A DNA stretch of 64,000 nucleotides from Chiloscyllium plagiosum. Lineage: Eukaryota. The notes below the pieces were generated by a model, which made no database searches, was not told where the DNA came from, and worked only from the letters and a program-made list of their open reading frames with translations. The position numbers were made by a program, and so were the translations under genes. This document shows positions 41,978 through 53,764 of the stretch, piece after piece; position 1 is the first letter of the stretch; each line of letters begins with the position of its first letter. Location of the stretch: positions 10,543,466 to 10,607,465 of the forward strand of contig NC_057719.1 of assembly GCF_004010195.1 (NCBI RefSeq), written 5' to 3'.

Positions 41978-42318
41978 GTCATATAGCACAGAAACAAACC
42001 CTTCTGTCCAACTCATCCATGCCAACCAAACACCCTAAATTAATCTATTCCTATTTGCCCATACTTGGCCCATATCCCTCTAAACTCTCCCTAATCCTAT
42101 ACCCATCCAGATGCCTTTTAACTGTTGAAATTATACCAGCCTCCACCACTTCCTCTGGCAGCTCATTCCATACACACAACTCCCTCTGCGTGAAAAAGGT
42201 TGCCCCTTAGGTGGCTTGTAAATCTTTCCCCTCTCACCTTAAACCTATGCCCTCTAGTTTTGAACTTTCCCACCCTGGGTAAGAGATTGTGTCGATTTGC
42301 CCTATCCATGCCCCTCAG
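41978..42318 (-). mobile_element. CR1 3' end
   Basis: gcctccaccacttcctctggcagctcattcca motif and ATGACTC tail. Confidence 0.85.
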
Positions 42319-42770
42319 TGGTTCTCTCTTTCCAAAACAATCTAAATTCCAAGAATTATAATAATATTTATTATACAGAAGTGGCAGATCAGAAAATAGG
42401 TCAGAATATTAACAGAGGATGACTAAAAGATTGAGTAAGAATAAGAAATAAGAGCTTGAGAGGAAATTAGCTAGAAATGTAAAAACAGATAGTTAGAGTT
42501 TCCGAAGGAATATCAACAGGAAAAAGAGCAAGTGAGTATGAATCATTTAGAGGCCGAGAAGGTGAACGAACAGTAGATAATATTGAATTGGCAAATGATT
42601 TAAATATTTTTCTTCTCTCTTCACTACAGAAGATATAAAGCATTTCAGTGATCGCTGCAAATTTGGAAGTTAAAGGATGAGAATAACTGACTGAAAATAC
42701 AGTAACGAGACAAATGGAACTCAGCGCAGACAAGTCTCTGGGCCCAGTGCACATCACTTTAGGGTCTTAA

Positions 42771-43103
42771 ATCATAGAATCCTTATGGTGTGGAAGCAGG
42801 CCATTCAACCTATTGAGTTGACACTAACCCTCTGAAGAGCATTCCACTCAAACCAACACAAACCCACTCCCCCAGCCTATAACGCTGCATTCTCCCATAG
42901 CCAACCCACTTAACCTGTACAACTTAGCATGACCAATCCATTTAAATTGTGCATCTTTGGACTGTGGGAGGAAACCAGAGCACCCAGAGGAAACCCACAC
43001 AGATACAGGGAGAACGTGCAAACTCCACACAGACAGTCACCCGAGGCTGGAATCAAACCCAGGTACCTGGCACTGTAAGGCAGTAGTGTTAACCACTGAA
43101 CCA
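42771..43103 (-). mobile_element. HE1-type SINE
   Basis: gtgcaaactccacacagacagtcacccgaggctggaatc...gtgttaaccactga. Confidence 0.85.
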
Positions 43104-43581
43104 ATGTACAACCCTAGTGACAGTGGTAGCTAATGAAGTAGTTGGTGCTAATGTTTGAAATTCCCAAGATTCTAGAAAGGGTTGATCAGGCTGGAAAGAA
43201 AGAAATATAACATTTCTATTCAAGAAGGGAGGGAGGCATAAATCAGGAATTTGACAGACCAGTTCGTTTGACACCTGTCACAGATTCAATTATGAGAGAG
43301 CCTTTCAAACTAGGGACGTTGTATTTCTTGTATCTTTCAGCATATTAATTTGTTTTGTGACACTTATTTTTGCAGATTAGTTGCGATTCTGAGTTCTGAT
43401 TCCTCAGCAGTGGTGCAGAATTGTCATTTCGATTGAAATGGTATGTCATTGCAACTGAGATGAGGAAATATTTCTTGACTCAGAGGGTGGTCAACAGATG
43501 GAATTCTCTATCACAGATGGCTGTAGAAGCCAGGTCACTCAGTGACTCAGTTCTTCAAGGAAGAAATTGATCCTTTTTATA

Positions 43582-43791
43582 CAGTCAGTTCTGCTATAAC
43601 ACTGTAGTTCTGTTCTTATGCAATCCCACGTTATAAAAAAATCGCATAATAGCAGCACCGTTTCAGCTAATGGGGCTGGAATCGCGTTATAACCAGTACA
43701 CGCTTTAAAGGTTTGTACTTTAGAAGCAATTTGTCAATCGTGTTATAGTGAATTTGCATTAATTGAGCGCACATTAAAGCAGAACGACTTG
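43582..43791. mobile_element. Tigger-like MITE inside a CR1 3' end
   Basis: ta|cagtcagttctgctataac...ttaaagcagaacgacttg|ta. Confidence 0.75.
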
Positions 43792-44094
43792 TATAATGAA
43801 CGTATCAAGGAGTGTGGAGAGAAAGCAGGAACGTGACATTGGGATAGAGGATCAGCCATGATCATATTGAATGGCAGAGCATACTTGAAGGGCTGAGCGG
43901 CCTACTCCTATTTGCTATGTCTATTGATAAACTGCAAAGGTGGGCTGGTGGAATGGGCAGAAACATGGCAGCTATAATTCAGTGGAGGAAACTGTGAGGT
44001 GATATATGTTGGTAGGAAAAATGAAACAGATACAATTGATGCGCACTGATATCACCTTAAAAGGAGTGGAGGAGCAAAGAGACCTTAAACATAA

Positions 44095-45420
44095 TAAAAC
44101 ACAAAGAACTGAAGATGCTGGGTATCAGAAACACAAACAGAAATTTCTGGAATAACTCAGCAGGTCTGGCAGCATCTGTGGAGAGAAAGCAGAGCTAACA
44201 TTTCGAGTCCACTGACCCTTCTTCAGAACTGTTGAAGCAAGGAAAGGGTTGCTGTGTATGCTGATAATGGGGTGGGGGTGAGGGGGAGGAAAAAAATGAT
44301 AGGTGGAGATGGAGCCCAGAGACAGAGAAAACAGTTGGATGGACAAAGGAATGGTAAAGGTCAGCCTGGGAGAATGAATAGCTGCTAATGGGGGCCATTA
44401 GTGATAGGGTTAGGGTTAGGGTTCGGTTTAGGATTAGAGTTAGGGTTAGGGTTAGGGATTAGAGTTAGGGTTAGAGTTAGGGTTAGGGTTAGGGTTAGGG
44501 TTAGGGTTAGGGTTAGAGTTCGGGTTAGAGTTAGGGTTAGGGCTAGAGTTAGGGTTAGGGTTAGAGTTTGGGTTAGAGTTAGTGTTAGGGTTAGTGCTAG
44601 AGTTAAGGTTAGGGTTAGAGTTTGGGTTAGAGTTAGGGTTAGAGTTACGGTTAGAGCTAGGGTTAGGGTTAGAGTTATGGTTTAGAGTTAGGATTAGGGA
44701 TCGGGTTAGGGTTAGAGATAGCTGACAATGTGTTGATTTTGTTAGCTAGCCCATGCTGCTACCAAAAACAGAAGTCTTGTGTGGGGATCGGAAGAGAACA
44801 TGGGGGAAGGTGCTCAGGCCCTAAAATTTCAAGTCATGAAGGTTATTTGGTCCCTCAGCTGAAAATGCGATACTGTTCTTCCAGCTTGAATTAAGCTTCA
44901 CTGGAGCACTGTAGGAAACCCGAGACAGAGATGTTAGCCAGGGAACGGGATAGTGTGTTGAAGTAGCAGGCAATAGGAATTTCAGGGTCAGTCTTGCTGA
45001 CAGAATGGAGGTGTTATGTGAAGCTGTCACCCCATTTGTCTCTCCAATGTAGAGGAGACCACGTTATGTGCAGTGACTACAATAGTCTAGCTCGTGGGAA
45101 ATGCAGGCAAATCACTGCTTCACCTGGAAGGTGTGTCTGGGGCATTGATACTGAGGAGGCAGGAAGTAAACAGGTTGGTGTCAGACCTTCTGCGATCGCA
45201 GGGGAAGGTGCCATGGGGCTGTGGGTTGATGTTGGGAGTGGAAGAGGAGTTGACCAAGCCGTCATGGAGGGTACAGTCCCTGTGCAAGGCTGACAAGGGA
45301 GGGGAGGGAAGGGACGTACATGTCTAGTGATAGCAATCCACAAGAGATGGTAGAAATGGCAGCTAATGATTATTTTAATGTGGATGCAGGTGGGATGGTG
45401 GGTGAGGACAAGGGGGGGGG
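44095..45420 (-). mobile_element. Neptune-type PLE (family B) 3' portion
   Basis: Terminus with gttctgaagaagggtcagtggactcgaaatgtt; PLVLTHHPT.IHI..II.CHF.HL linker. Confidence 0.75.
44405..44716 (+). repeat. Interstitial telomeric array (TTAGGG)n with TTAGAG variants, ~52 hexamers
   Basis: Read directly from the sequence. Confidence 0.97.
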
Positions 45421-45547
45421 TGGTTTTGAGAGTGCGTTGCTGGAAAAGCACAGCAGGTCAGGCAGCATTCACGGACCAGGAGAATCGATGTTTCGTGCCG
45501 GTGCCCTTCATCAGGAACAAGGGGGACCCTATTGCTGTTGACAATAG

Positions 45548-46150
45548 ATAATAGACATTAGGTACAGGAGTAGGCCATTCAGCCCTTCGAGCCAGCACCA
45601 CCATTCATTATGATCATGGCTGATGATCCACAATCAGTATCCTGTTCCTGCCTTATCCCCATAATCCTCGATTCCACTATCTTTCAGAGCTCTATCCAAC
45701 TCTTTCTTGAAAGTATCCAGAGACTTGGCCTCCACAGGCTTCTGGGGCAGAGCATTCCATGCACCCACCACTCTCTGGGTGAAGACGTTTCTCCTCAACT
45801 CTGTTCTAAATGGCCTACTCCTTATTTTTAAACTGTGTCCTCTGGTTCTGGACTCACCCATCAGCGAAACATGTTTCCTACCTCCAGAATGTCCAATCCT
45901 TTAATAATCTTTTACATCTCAATCAGATCCCAAGTTATCCTTCTAAACTCAAGTGCATACAACCCAGTCGCTCCAATCTTTCAACATATGATAGTCCCAC
46001 CATTCCGGAAATTGACCTCGTGAACTTACGCTGCACTCCCTCAATAGTCAGAATGTTCTTCCTCAAATTTGGAGACCAAAACCGCACACAATACTCCAGC
46101 TGCAGAAGGACCTCTTTGCTCCTATAATCAATTCCTCTTATTATGAAGGC
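45548..46150 (-). mobile_element. CR1 3' portion, same subfamily as 4100-4857
   Basis: RTRGHSLKIR...KAGTGY; high similarity to the reverse complement of 4210-4855. Confidence 0.9.
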
Positions 46151-46151
46151 C

Positions 46152-47340
46152 AGCATGCCATTAGCTTTCTTCTGGGGGTGGAAGAGAGAAGCTGAGGGCT
46201 GAAGTGCAGAGTTGGATCGGACAACACTGAGGGCCACACCAACCACAGTGCTGGGGAATCCTCGATTGAGGAAGAATGTGGATTTTTTGGAGGGCCTGAG
46301 AGAAAGTGAGGACTGCAGATGGTGGAGAGTCAGAGTGTGATGCTGGAAAAGCACAGCAGGTCAGGCAGCATCCGAGGAGCAGGAGAGTCGACGTTTCGGG
46401 CATAAGCCCTTCATCAGGAGTGTGGAGGTGGATGGGGGCTTAGAGTTAAATAGGAGAGTGAGGGTGGGGCTGGTGGGAGAGTGGCTGGAAAGACGATAGG
46501 TAGATGCAGGTAGAGGGTGATGGTGATAGGTCGGAGGGGAGGGTGGAGAGGGTAGATGGGAAGGAAGATGGACAGGTAGGACAATTCAAGAGGGCGGTGC
46601 CAAGTTGGAGAGTTGGACCTGGGATAAGGTGAGGGAAGGGGAGACGAGGAAACTGGTGAAATCGATATTGACACCATGTGGTTGGAGGATCCCAAGGCAG
46701 AAGATAAGTGTTCTTCCTCTAGGCGTCAGGTGGCTAGGATTTGGGGGTGGTGGAGGCCCAGAACTTGTATGTAATTGGCGGAGTGGGCGGGGGAGTTGAA
46801 GTAATTGGCCACAGGGAGGTGGGGTTGTTTGGTGCATGTGTCCCAGAGATGATCCCTGAAATATTCCGTGAGATGGTGTCCTGTCTCTGTTGTAGGAGCT
46901 GGCATCATCAGAACTGAAGCAACAGAGATGGAGGGATTGGAAGAATGGAATAGAGAAAGCAGGGATGAGGATGTATAGTCAAGGTAAGTGTGGGAATCAA
47001 TGAGTTTGTATTGGATTTTAGTGGCCAGTCTATCCCTAGAAATGGAAACAGAGATGTCAAGGAAGGGAAAGGAGGAGTCCGAGATGGACCAGGTGAAGGT
47101 GAGAGCTGGCTGGAAATTGGAAGCAAAACAGATAAACTTTTCCAATTCCAGATGAGACAGGGATGTAGCACCGATGATATCATGAATGTACTAGAGAAAG
47201 AGTTGTGGGTGGGGACTGGAACAAGGAATGTTCTACATACCCCATAAAGAGACAGGCATAACTGGGGCCCATGCAGGTACCAATGGCCACACTTTTGACC
47301 TGAAGAAAGTGAGAGACATTCAACAAGTTGTTCAAAGGAC
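46152..47340 (-). mobile_element. Neptune-type PLE (family A): RT, endonuclease remnant and terminal repeat
   Basis: GVAIGTCMGPSYACLFMGYVE; FTWSISDSSFPFLDISVS...DSHTYLDY; terminus 46296-46420. Confidence 0.85.
46388..46419 (-). ncRNA. Minimal hammerhead ribozyme motif
   Basis: UC CUGAUGA A GGGC-UUAU-GCCC GAAA CG UC^GA; core intact, stem I short. Confidence 0.65.
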
Positions 47341-48793
47341 AAGACTAAGACTCAGTGGAGACTTGGTAGAAATGTTTGAAATAATGATGAGAAAGACACA
47401 GCAAGTAAAGGAAGTGTCAATAACCAGAGGGTACAGATTTAACATGATCTGTAAAAGAATGAGAGATCAGAGGAGGATGCTCAATTTTGTTCAGTGAGTG
47501 GCTCAGATTTGAAATGCACTTCCTGGTGGTATGGTCAATGCCAATTGAGGAGCAGTCTTCAGAAGGGAATGGAACAAATGCTCAAAGAATAAAGAGAATT
47601 GGAGAGGTATCAGGAACATGCTGGATTATGGAAGAAATTGATTGGACTTTATAAGAGTTGGTGTACTATGGATGGGCTAAATAGTTTGTTTTTTGCTCTG
47701 TGCTGTCCTATTAGTCTATGTCTTTGGCTATTTCAAGTAGTTTAATTTTATAACTATTTACTTTTGAAATATAGATGCTGTTGTTGTAAAGTCCAGAGAA
47801 CAATTGTTCTCCATGCACAACAGGAACCAAGAAACCCAATGGCCGGTTAAACCTATTTTCCAAATACATTCCAATCTGGGCTTACAGACCAAGGTAAATT
47901 GGTAGGTACATTTGTGCATCTGGTCCATCCTAGATCAGTCCAAATTCACAGCTGAAGCTCCTCACAAGCAGTTGGTTCTCCTGGCACCGAAAGGCTTGTA
48001 ATTGGGACAAATGATTATTTAAGCGCCATGCAGACAGCAAATTAGCTTTGAAGTGAACCTCTTTAAATGCATTGTGCTCTGATGTTTTCATTAACGTCCC
48101 AAGAGTGGAGAACTAAGATCAAACATTGCATCGATTAGCTGCACCAGGACAAATTCGGAGATAGAGGAGATTGCAGAAATGAAACGTTAGTCGATATTTA
48201 GTTTCTCCCTCACCCCAAAACCGTGCAACAGCAGGACACTCACTCGATCAGCTTAAAGAACGCCCAGGTCTATTCTTCCTTGCGTCTGATTGTTGTAGGT
48301 GATGAGTTTTTCCAAGCTACTGAGGAGATAGCCAATTCAAACAATTAAAGGTGAAATGGATACATTCTATTGAGATCTGACAGTGGGTGATCAGAGTGAT
48401 CCAGTAGCTGCCATTCATTTCACTGTAAATGGTGTTTTTATAGAGCAGTGGGGAGCCATTGTTTTCTATCCAAGAGTGACATCAGCTGAGGAAGTCTGCC
48501 TCCTTTCCTGTTGATGGAAATGGCTGTCCTCTGGAATGTACAAAACAGCCTATCAATCACAGATATATGTTTCCTACGTTGTAACAGCAGCTTCACTTCA
48601 GAAGCATTTAATGGACCACAAAGGCTGTGGAAGGTGCTACAAAAATGCAGTTTGCTTTGTCACAATTGAAGGATGTGAGTTGTTTCTTCTGATCTCATCC
48701 CCAATGAAGAAAGGGTTCCCACTCACCTCTACCTTTGTTTAATAGGAACATCAGCGAACCAATTCTTGAAAAAACTAAAGGCAATATTTCATA

Positions 48794-49115
48794 AAATCCC
48801 TGCAGTGCAGGCCATTCAGCCCATCAAGCCCAACAATCTGAAGAGCATCCCCCGAAGATCCACTCCCCTATCACTACATTCCCCATGACTCATCTACCTA
48901 ATCTACACATCCTTGGACACCATGGGGCAATTTAGTGTGGTCAATCCACCAAACCAGCACATCTTTGGACTGTGGGAGGAAACCGGAGCACCTGGAGGAA
49001 ACCCACGCAGACACGGGGAGAACGTGCAAACTCCACACAGTCAGTAGCCTGAGGCTGGAATCAAAACTGGGTCCTTGGCACTGTGAGGCAGCAGTGTTAA
49101 CCACTGAGCACTGTG
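48794..49115 (-). mobile_element. HE1-type SINE
   Basis: ggactgtgggaggaaaccggagcacctggaggaaacccacgcagacacggggag. Confidence 0.88.
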
Positions 49116-49344
49116 CTATTCCTGATATTCTTTGGCAAAATAAAGATGTAGAGGGTAATGAAAGAAAAGGCTTGCATTTACTTGGTGCGTTACGACATCT
49201 TTCAGAATGGCACAGTTGTCCACGTCTTGAAGTTCAGGACTGACATTGTGTCGACAAATACACGAGCCTTGCCCAATGCACAGCAAGATCCTACAATCAG
49301 TCATGAGATTCTTTGTTTCTTTGCCAGTCATGCTAATTGAGAGG

Positions 49345-49562
49345 AGAAAGTGAGGACTGCAGATGCTGGAAATCAGAGCTGAAAATGTGTTGCTGGAAAA
49401 GCACAGCAGGTCAGACAGCATCCAAGGAGCAGTGGAATCGATGTTTCGGGCATGAGCCCTTCTGAAGAATTCCTGAAGAAGGGCTCATGCCCGAAACGTC
49501 GATTCTACTGCTCCTTGGATGCTGCCTGACCCGCTGCGCTTTTCCAGCAACACATTTTCAGC
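49345..49562. mobile_element. Palindromic PLE-terminus insertion with 17-bp TSD
   Basis: TSD tcatgctaattgagagg at 49328-49344 and 49563-49579; fold centre gaa|ttc at 49469/49470. Confidence 0.9.
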
Positions 49563-49649
49563 TCATGCTAATTGAGAGGGCAAGATGATCAACAAGCCCC
49601 AGGGAGCTTCTCTGAATCGCATTCTGGAATCTGAACTGTTAGACTAGGA

Positions 49650-49832
49650 AAACAAAGAACTACAGATGCTGGAAATCTTGAAACAAAAGCAGAAATTTCT
49701 GGAGAAATTCAACAGGTCTGGCAGCATCTGTAGAGAGAAGAAGGATCACCGGACCCAAAACATTGACTGTTTTCTCCCCACAGATGCTGTCAGACCTGCT
49801 GAGTTTCTCCAGCACGTTCTGTTTTTTGTTTT
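49650..49832. mobile_element. Inverted pair of family-B PLE termini
   Basis: caggtctggcagcatctgt.gagagaa ... ttctccccacagatgctgtcagacctg. Confidence 0.7.
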
Positions 49833-50311
49833 GAACGAGAAGCCAGTTTAAAGTCTCGGCCACATGAAAGTTGACTCGACTTTACAGCACTCCCTCAATA
49901 CTGCAGTTGCAATGTCAGCTAGGATTAAGAACTGAGTCACAGAGAGTTATAACTTCTGACTTCTAGGAAATTGAGGAAAAAGTTGAAAGCACACTGAGAA
50001 AGAATGAAACCACCGATGTTAGCTATCATACGATCTAACCTGATTACGGATTCACAAATAAGTTAGGCTTGGCAGCTGTGTCCTATTTCAACAAAATAAG
50101 TCATGAAAACGCTATGATCGGTACAAACAGATTGGCCACTGTTTCATTCAATGGCTCAAGATGCTGCTGTGTGTTTCTGTAAGAAATGGTGTCTTTCAGA
50201 ATATTATTGAATTACCAGGCCGGGTATTGTGATCGACAGAAGGCAATTTGCTTCTTTTCAATCCCCATCCCTTTGAAAAAAGATACCGCTCTTTGCAACC
50301 AAGTACAGAGA

Positions 50312-50444
50312 TTAATCGAGATAATAGCCAAGGAGCATGGTGTTCTTGGGGGCTGTCATGATGAGGTCTTCCAGCCCAACTCCATTTCTGAGCTGAAGGG
50401 TTGGTGTTTCGTATCCTTTGATCAGGATGATTTTCTGGTTGGAG
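50312..50444 (-). CDS. Candidate coding exon of an unidentified host gene
   Basis: Acceptor ttctgtttgttag; non-repeat sequence; reads (c)SNQKIILIKGYETPTLQLRNGVGLEDLIMTAPKNTMLLGYYLD* with many C/G-ending codons; possible donor ctg|gtaatt at 50216/50215. Confidence 0.42.
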
Positions 50445-50510
50445 CTAACAAACAGAACTCAGTGTGAGATAAGCAGAGTTTGAGGTGAAGTGAGGGAGCA
50501 TCCTACATGG

Positions 50511-50726
50511 AGAAAGTGAGGTCTGCAGACGCTGGAGATCAAAGCTGAAACTTTATTGCTGGAACAGCACAGCAGGTCAGGCAGCATCTAGGGAACAGAA
50601 GATTCGACGTTTCGGGCACATGCCCTTCTTCAGGAATTCCTGAAGAAGGGCATGTGCCCGAAACGTCGAATCTTCTGTTCCCTAGATGCTGCCTGACCTG
50701 CTGTGCTGTTCCAGCAATAAAGTTTC
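50511..50726. mobile_element. Perfect palindromic PLE-terminus insertion with 14-bp TSD
   Basis: TSD agcatcctacatgg at 50497-50510 and 50727-50740; perfect inverted repeat 50544-50729. Confidence 0.92.
50636..50671 (+). ncRNA. Minimal hammerhead motif, mirrored on the minus strand at 50602-50637
   Basis: AUUC CUGAAGA A GGGC-AUGU-GCCC GAAA CG UC^GAAU; 4-bp stem I, 4-bp stem II. Confidence 0.72.
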
Positions 50727-51229
50727 AGCATCCTACATGGGTACTGATCCTTTAATGGGATCGAACTAATGATTGACACTCTATGAGATGTGGCACCCTA
50801 TCTTCCACACAGCAGGATCCCACAAACAGCAATGTGACAATGACCAGATGGTTGATTTTGGTGATGTTTTCAGAGAGATAAATACTGGGCAGGAAAATGC
50901 TCTCCACCGAATGAGGAGGATTGGTTCACCAGCCTTTGGCTACAGAGCATATTAATGGGTCTTCAAAGAAGATATGGCAGCTGACTTCTCAGGTAAAGGA
51001 AGACTGAGGGAAGAGCATTAAACAGCCACTTAATGGCACAGAGCTGGAATATTAGTGAAAAGATTTCCTGAAGCTTTTTAAGTACCGCTCATCAGGATGA
51101 ATGCAAGAATGCCAGGTTTCAATCCATCACATCGATTTATACACCAGGAGCAAAGGATGCTGATTGGTTGTCAATTCAACTCTGATTGGCCAAGCATTGC
51201 CATGGAGAAAGCAATGGGGAGCAATAACA

Positions 51230-51628
51230 TCGGAGGCTGAGGGATGACGTTATAGAAGTTTATAAAATCATGTGGGGCATGGACAGGGTAAATAGAAAAG
51301 GTCCTTTCCCTGGGGTGGGCCGTCCAGAGCTAGAGGCCATAGGTTTAGGGTGAAAGGGGAAAGATTTAAAAGGGACCTAAGGGGTAACCTTTTCATACAG
51401 AGGGTGGTACGTGTATGGAATGAGCTGCCAGAGGAAGTGGTGGAGGCTACTACAATGAAAACATTTAAAAGGCATCTGGATGGTTATATGAACAGGAAGG
51501 ATTTAGAGGGATATGGGCCAAATGCTGGCAAATGGGACGAGATAAATTTAGGATATTTGGTCGGCATGGACGAATTGGACCAAAGAGTCCATTGCTCTGC
51601 TGCACATCTCGATGACTCTATGACTCTA
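51230..51628 (+). mobile_element. CR1 3' end
   Basis: FKRDLRGNLFIQRVVRVWNELPEEVV; ATGACTCT tail. Confidence 0.88.
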
Positions 51629-52149
51629 AGTTCCCTGGATAATCCATAAAATGCTTGAGGCTTGAAAATATTCACTTGTTTCAGTGAACGGGTCCCTGTA
51701 TGTGAACGCTTGGCACTTCTAACAAGTGTAAATGAGCCATATCATGAACTTGTCTGTAATCTTCATTGCCTGTTAGTGTGGCTGTCAGCACAGTCAGGAT
51801 TATTCAGTAAGTATCAGCCAATCACAGAGTCACAACTAAAAGTGGATATTTTGGTCTGTACTTTGCAAAGTTGGGGTACTTGGGCCTGGTCTGTGCACAA
51901 CCTATGACAAACAATCAAAGAAACATGCAGCTCAATTCAATCAGCCAATACATCTGACATTCACAGGTCATTTCAAAGCACTTTTCAACTAATACGGTAT
52001 TCTTAGAGGAGAATCCCAGTTATAATATATGAAATGTGGAAGCCAGTTTTCCAGACAGAAGTCCCACAAACAGCAATGTAATAATGAGTGGCCAATTTGT
52101 AATTTGATGTTTTGGAGGGACAAAAATTGGACAGGAAACTCTATCTTTT

Positions 52150-52680
52150 ACTCACTCATGGGATGTGGGTGTCCCTGGCTGGTCAGCATTTATTGCTCAT
52201 CTCTAGTTACCCCAGAGAAGCTGGTGGTAATCGCTGCCTGGAACTGCTGCAGTCCACATGCTGCAGGCTGACCCACAAAGTTGCTCGGGAGTGTATTCCA
52301 GGATTTTGACCCAGCGACAGTGAAGGGATGACGATATAGTTCCAAGTTGAGATGGTGAGTGGCTTGGAAGAAGACTCACAGATTGAGGTGTTCCCATGTA
52401 TCTGCTGCCCTTGTCCTTAGAAATGGGAGTGGTCGTGGGTTTGGAAGGTGCTGTCTGAGGATTTTGGGTGAATTTCTGCAGTGCACTTCATAGACTGTAC
52501 ACACTGCTGCATGCTCCTTGGTGGAGGGCATGAATGTTTGTGGACGTGGTGCCAATCAAGCAAGCTACTTTGTACTGGATGGTTTCAAGCTTCTTGAGTG
52601 TTGTTGGAGCTGGACCTATCCAGGCAAGTGGGGAGTATTCCATCACATTCCTTACTTGTACCTTGGAGATGGTGAACAGG
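52150..52680 (-). mobile_element. CR1/L2-clade LINE 3' fragment
   Basis: Reverse complement of the 37850-38200 type. Confidence 0.7.
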
Positions 52681-53764
52681 AACTCCCCTGCTCTTTATTG
52701 AAATAGTGCTATGGAATATCTTTTGTCAATCTGAGAGAGCTGAAAAGTTAACAGGTGCATATTTAGGCTGCATGGCCTTTTATGTTTGGTCAAGCAGGAT
52801 GGTCTATAAATTAGCTCAGGCACTTTTCCTGGCCACCTATACCTTCCCCTCAATAGTCATGAGCGAGGTGCAGGGCATCCTGACTGCCCATTGATTGGCC
52901 AGCGACTCACAGAGACTGGACCTGCTCCACCCAGCATCGTTCCGTGGGGGCAGAGCTCTCACCACTAGGCAATCAATGCACCGACGGAGGAAGACTCTGG
53001 GGCTGGGCAGTGACAGATGATTTTCCTGTTTCAGCATCTGTTCCCCTCCCACCCCCAGTCACTCGCTCTGCATAAAATCTTAACCAAAAAGGTGAAACCT
53101 TTCACTGCGCAGCACTCCTTCAGTATTTTACTGGAGCATCTGCCTGGAATTTAATTCTCAAGTTGTCCGAGAGAGACATGAATGCCTCACCTTCTGACAG
53201 AGAGGTGAGAGATGCCACTCACTGAACCAGAGCTGACAATCTATGTTACCTTCAGCATGTTATCAGGATGTCATTGTGAAAACCGATTTGATATAATCCT
53301 GTTAAAATGCCCTGAGAGGCACATTATCATATGAAAACACATTTTTAAAAGACTCAACAGATATTACAAAGACTACATGCCTCAGAGCTGTTCTGTTTGA
53401 AACAATATGCATTCGGCTCTGTACGACTGGAGTATCTGATTCAATCATTCATGACTGACAAGCTTTGGAAGCTCATAAGAATGCTTATTGAGTTCTGCAC
53501 TTCTCTGCAAAGCTTTCAAACAAAATCCCTATTTTGATGATGCCCTGCTCCAGACTTGTTTTGATTTTACCTCAACTCTAAAACAGATATTCCTGAGAAT
53601 ACTCAGGACTTGGTAGAGCTATAAGCTTCTGACTTTTGAAGTTCTGCTACTGTCAGATTCTATTTTACCTTATGCAAATGTCTCCCATCTTCTCCACTTT
53701 ATGAGGACCTCTATCCTGTCCCACACAAGTCCAGTTTTTCTGTCACTCCCTACATTGGCTCTTA

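Larger units (their letters stand above)
39350..43290 (+). mobile_element. Old CR1 ORF2 (endonuclease-linker-RT start), broken by younger insertions
   Basis: GVALLIK, ILGDFNLHVNW, SDHN, KLARNVKTDS, NITFLFKKG motifs in order. Confidence 0.7.

Noticed and set aside
44401..44685. ORF encoding poly-GL / poly-RV
   Set aside because: Simply the translation of TTAGGG repeats; no gene context
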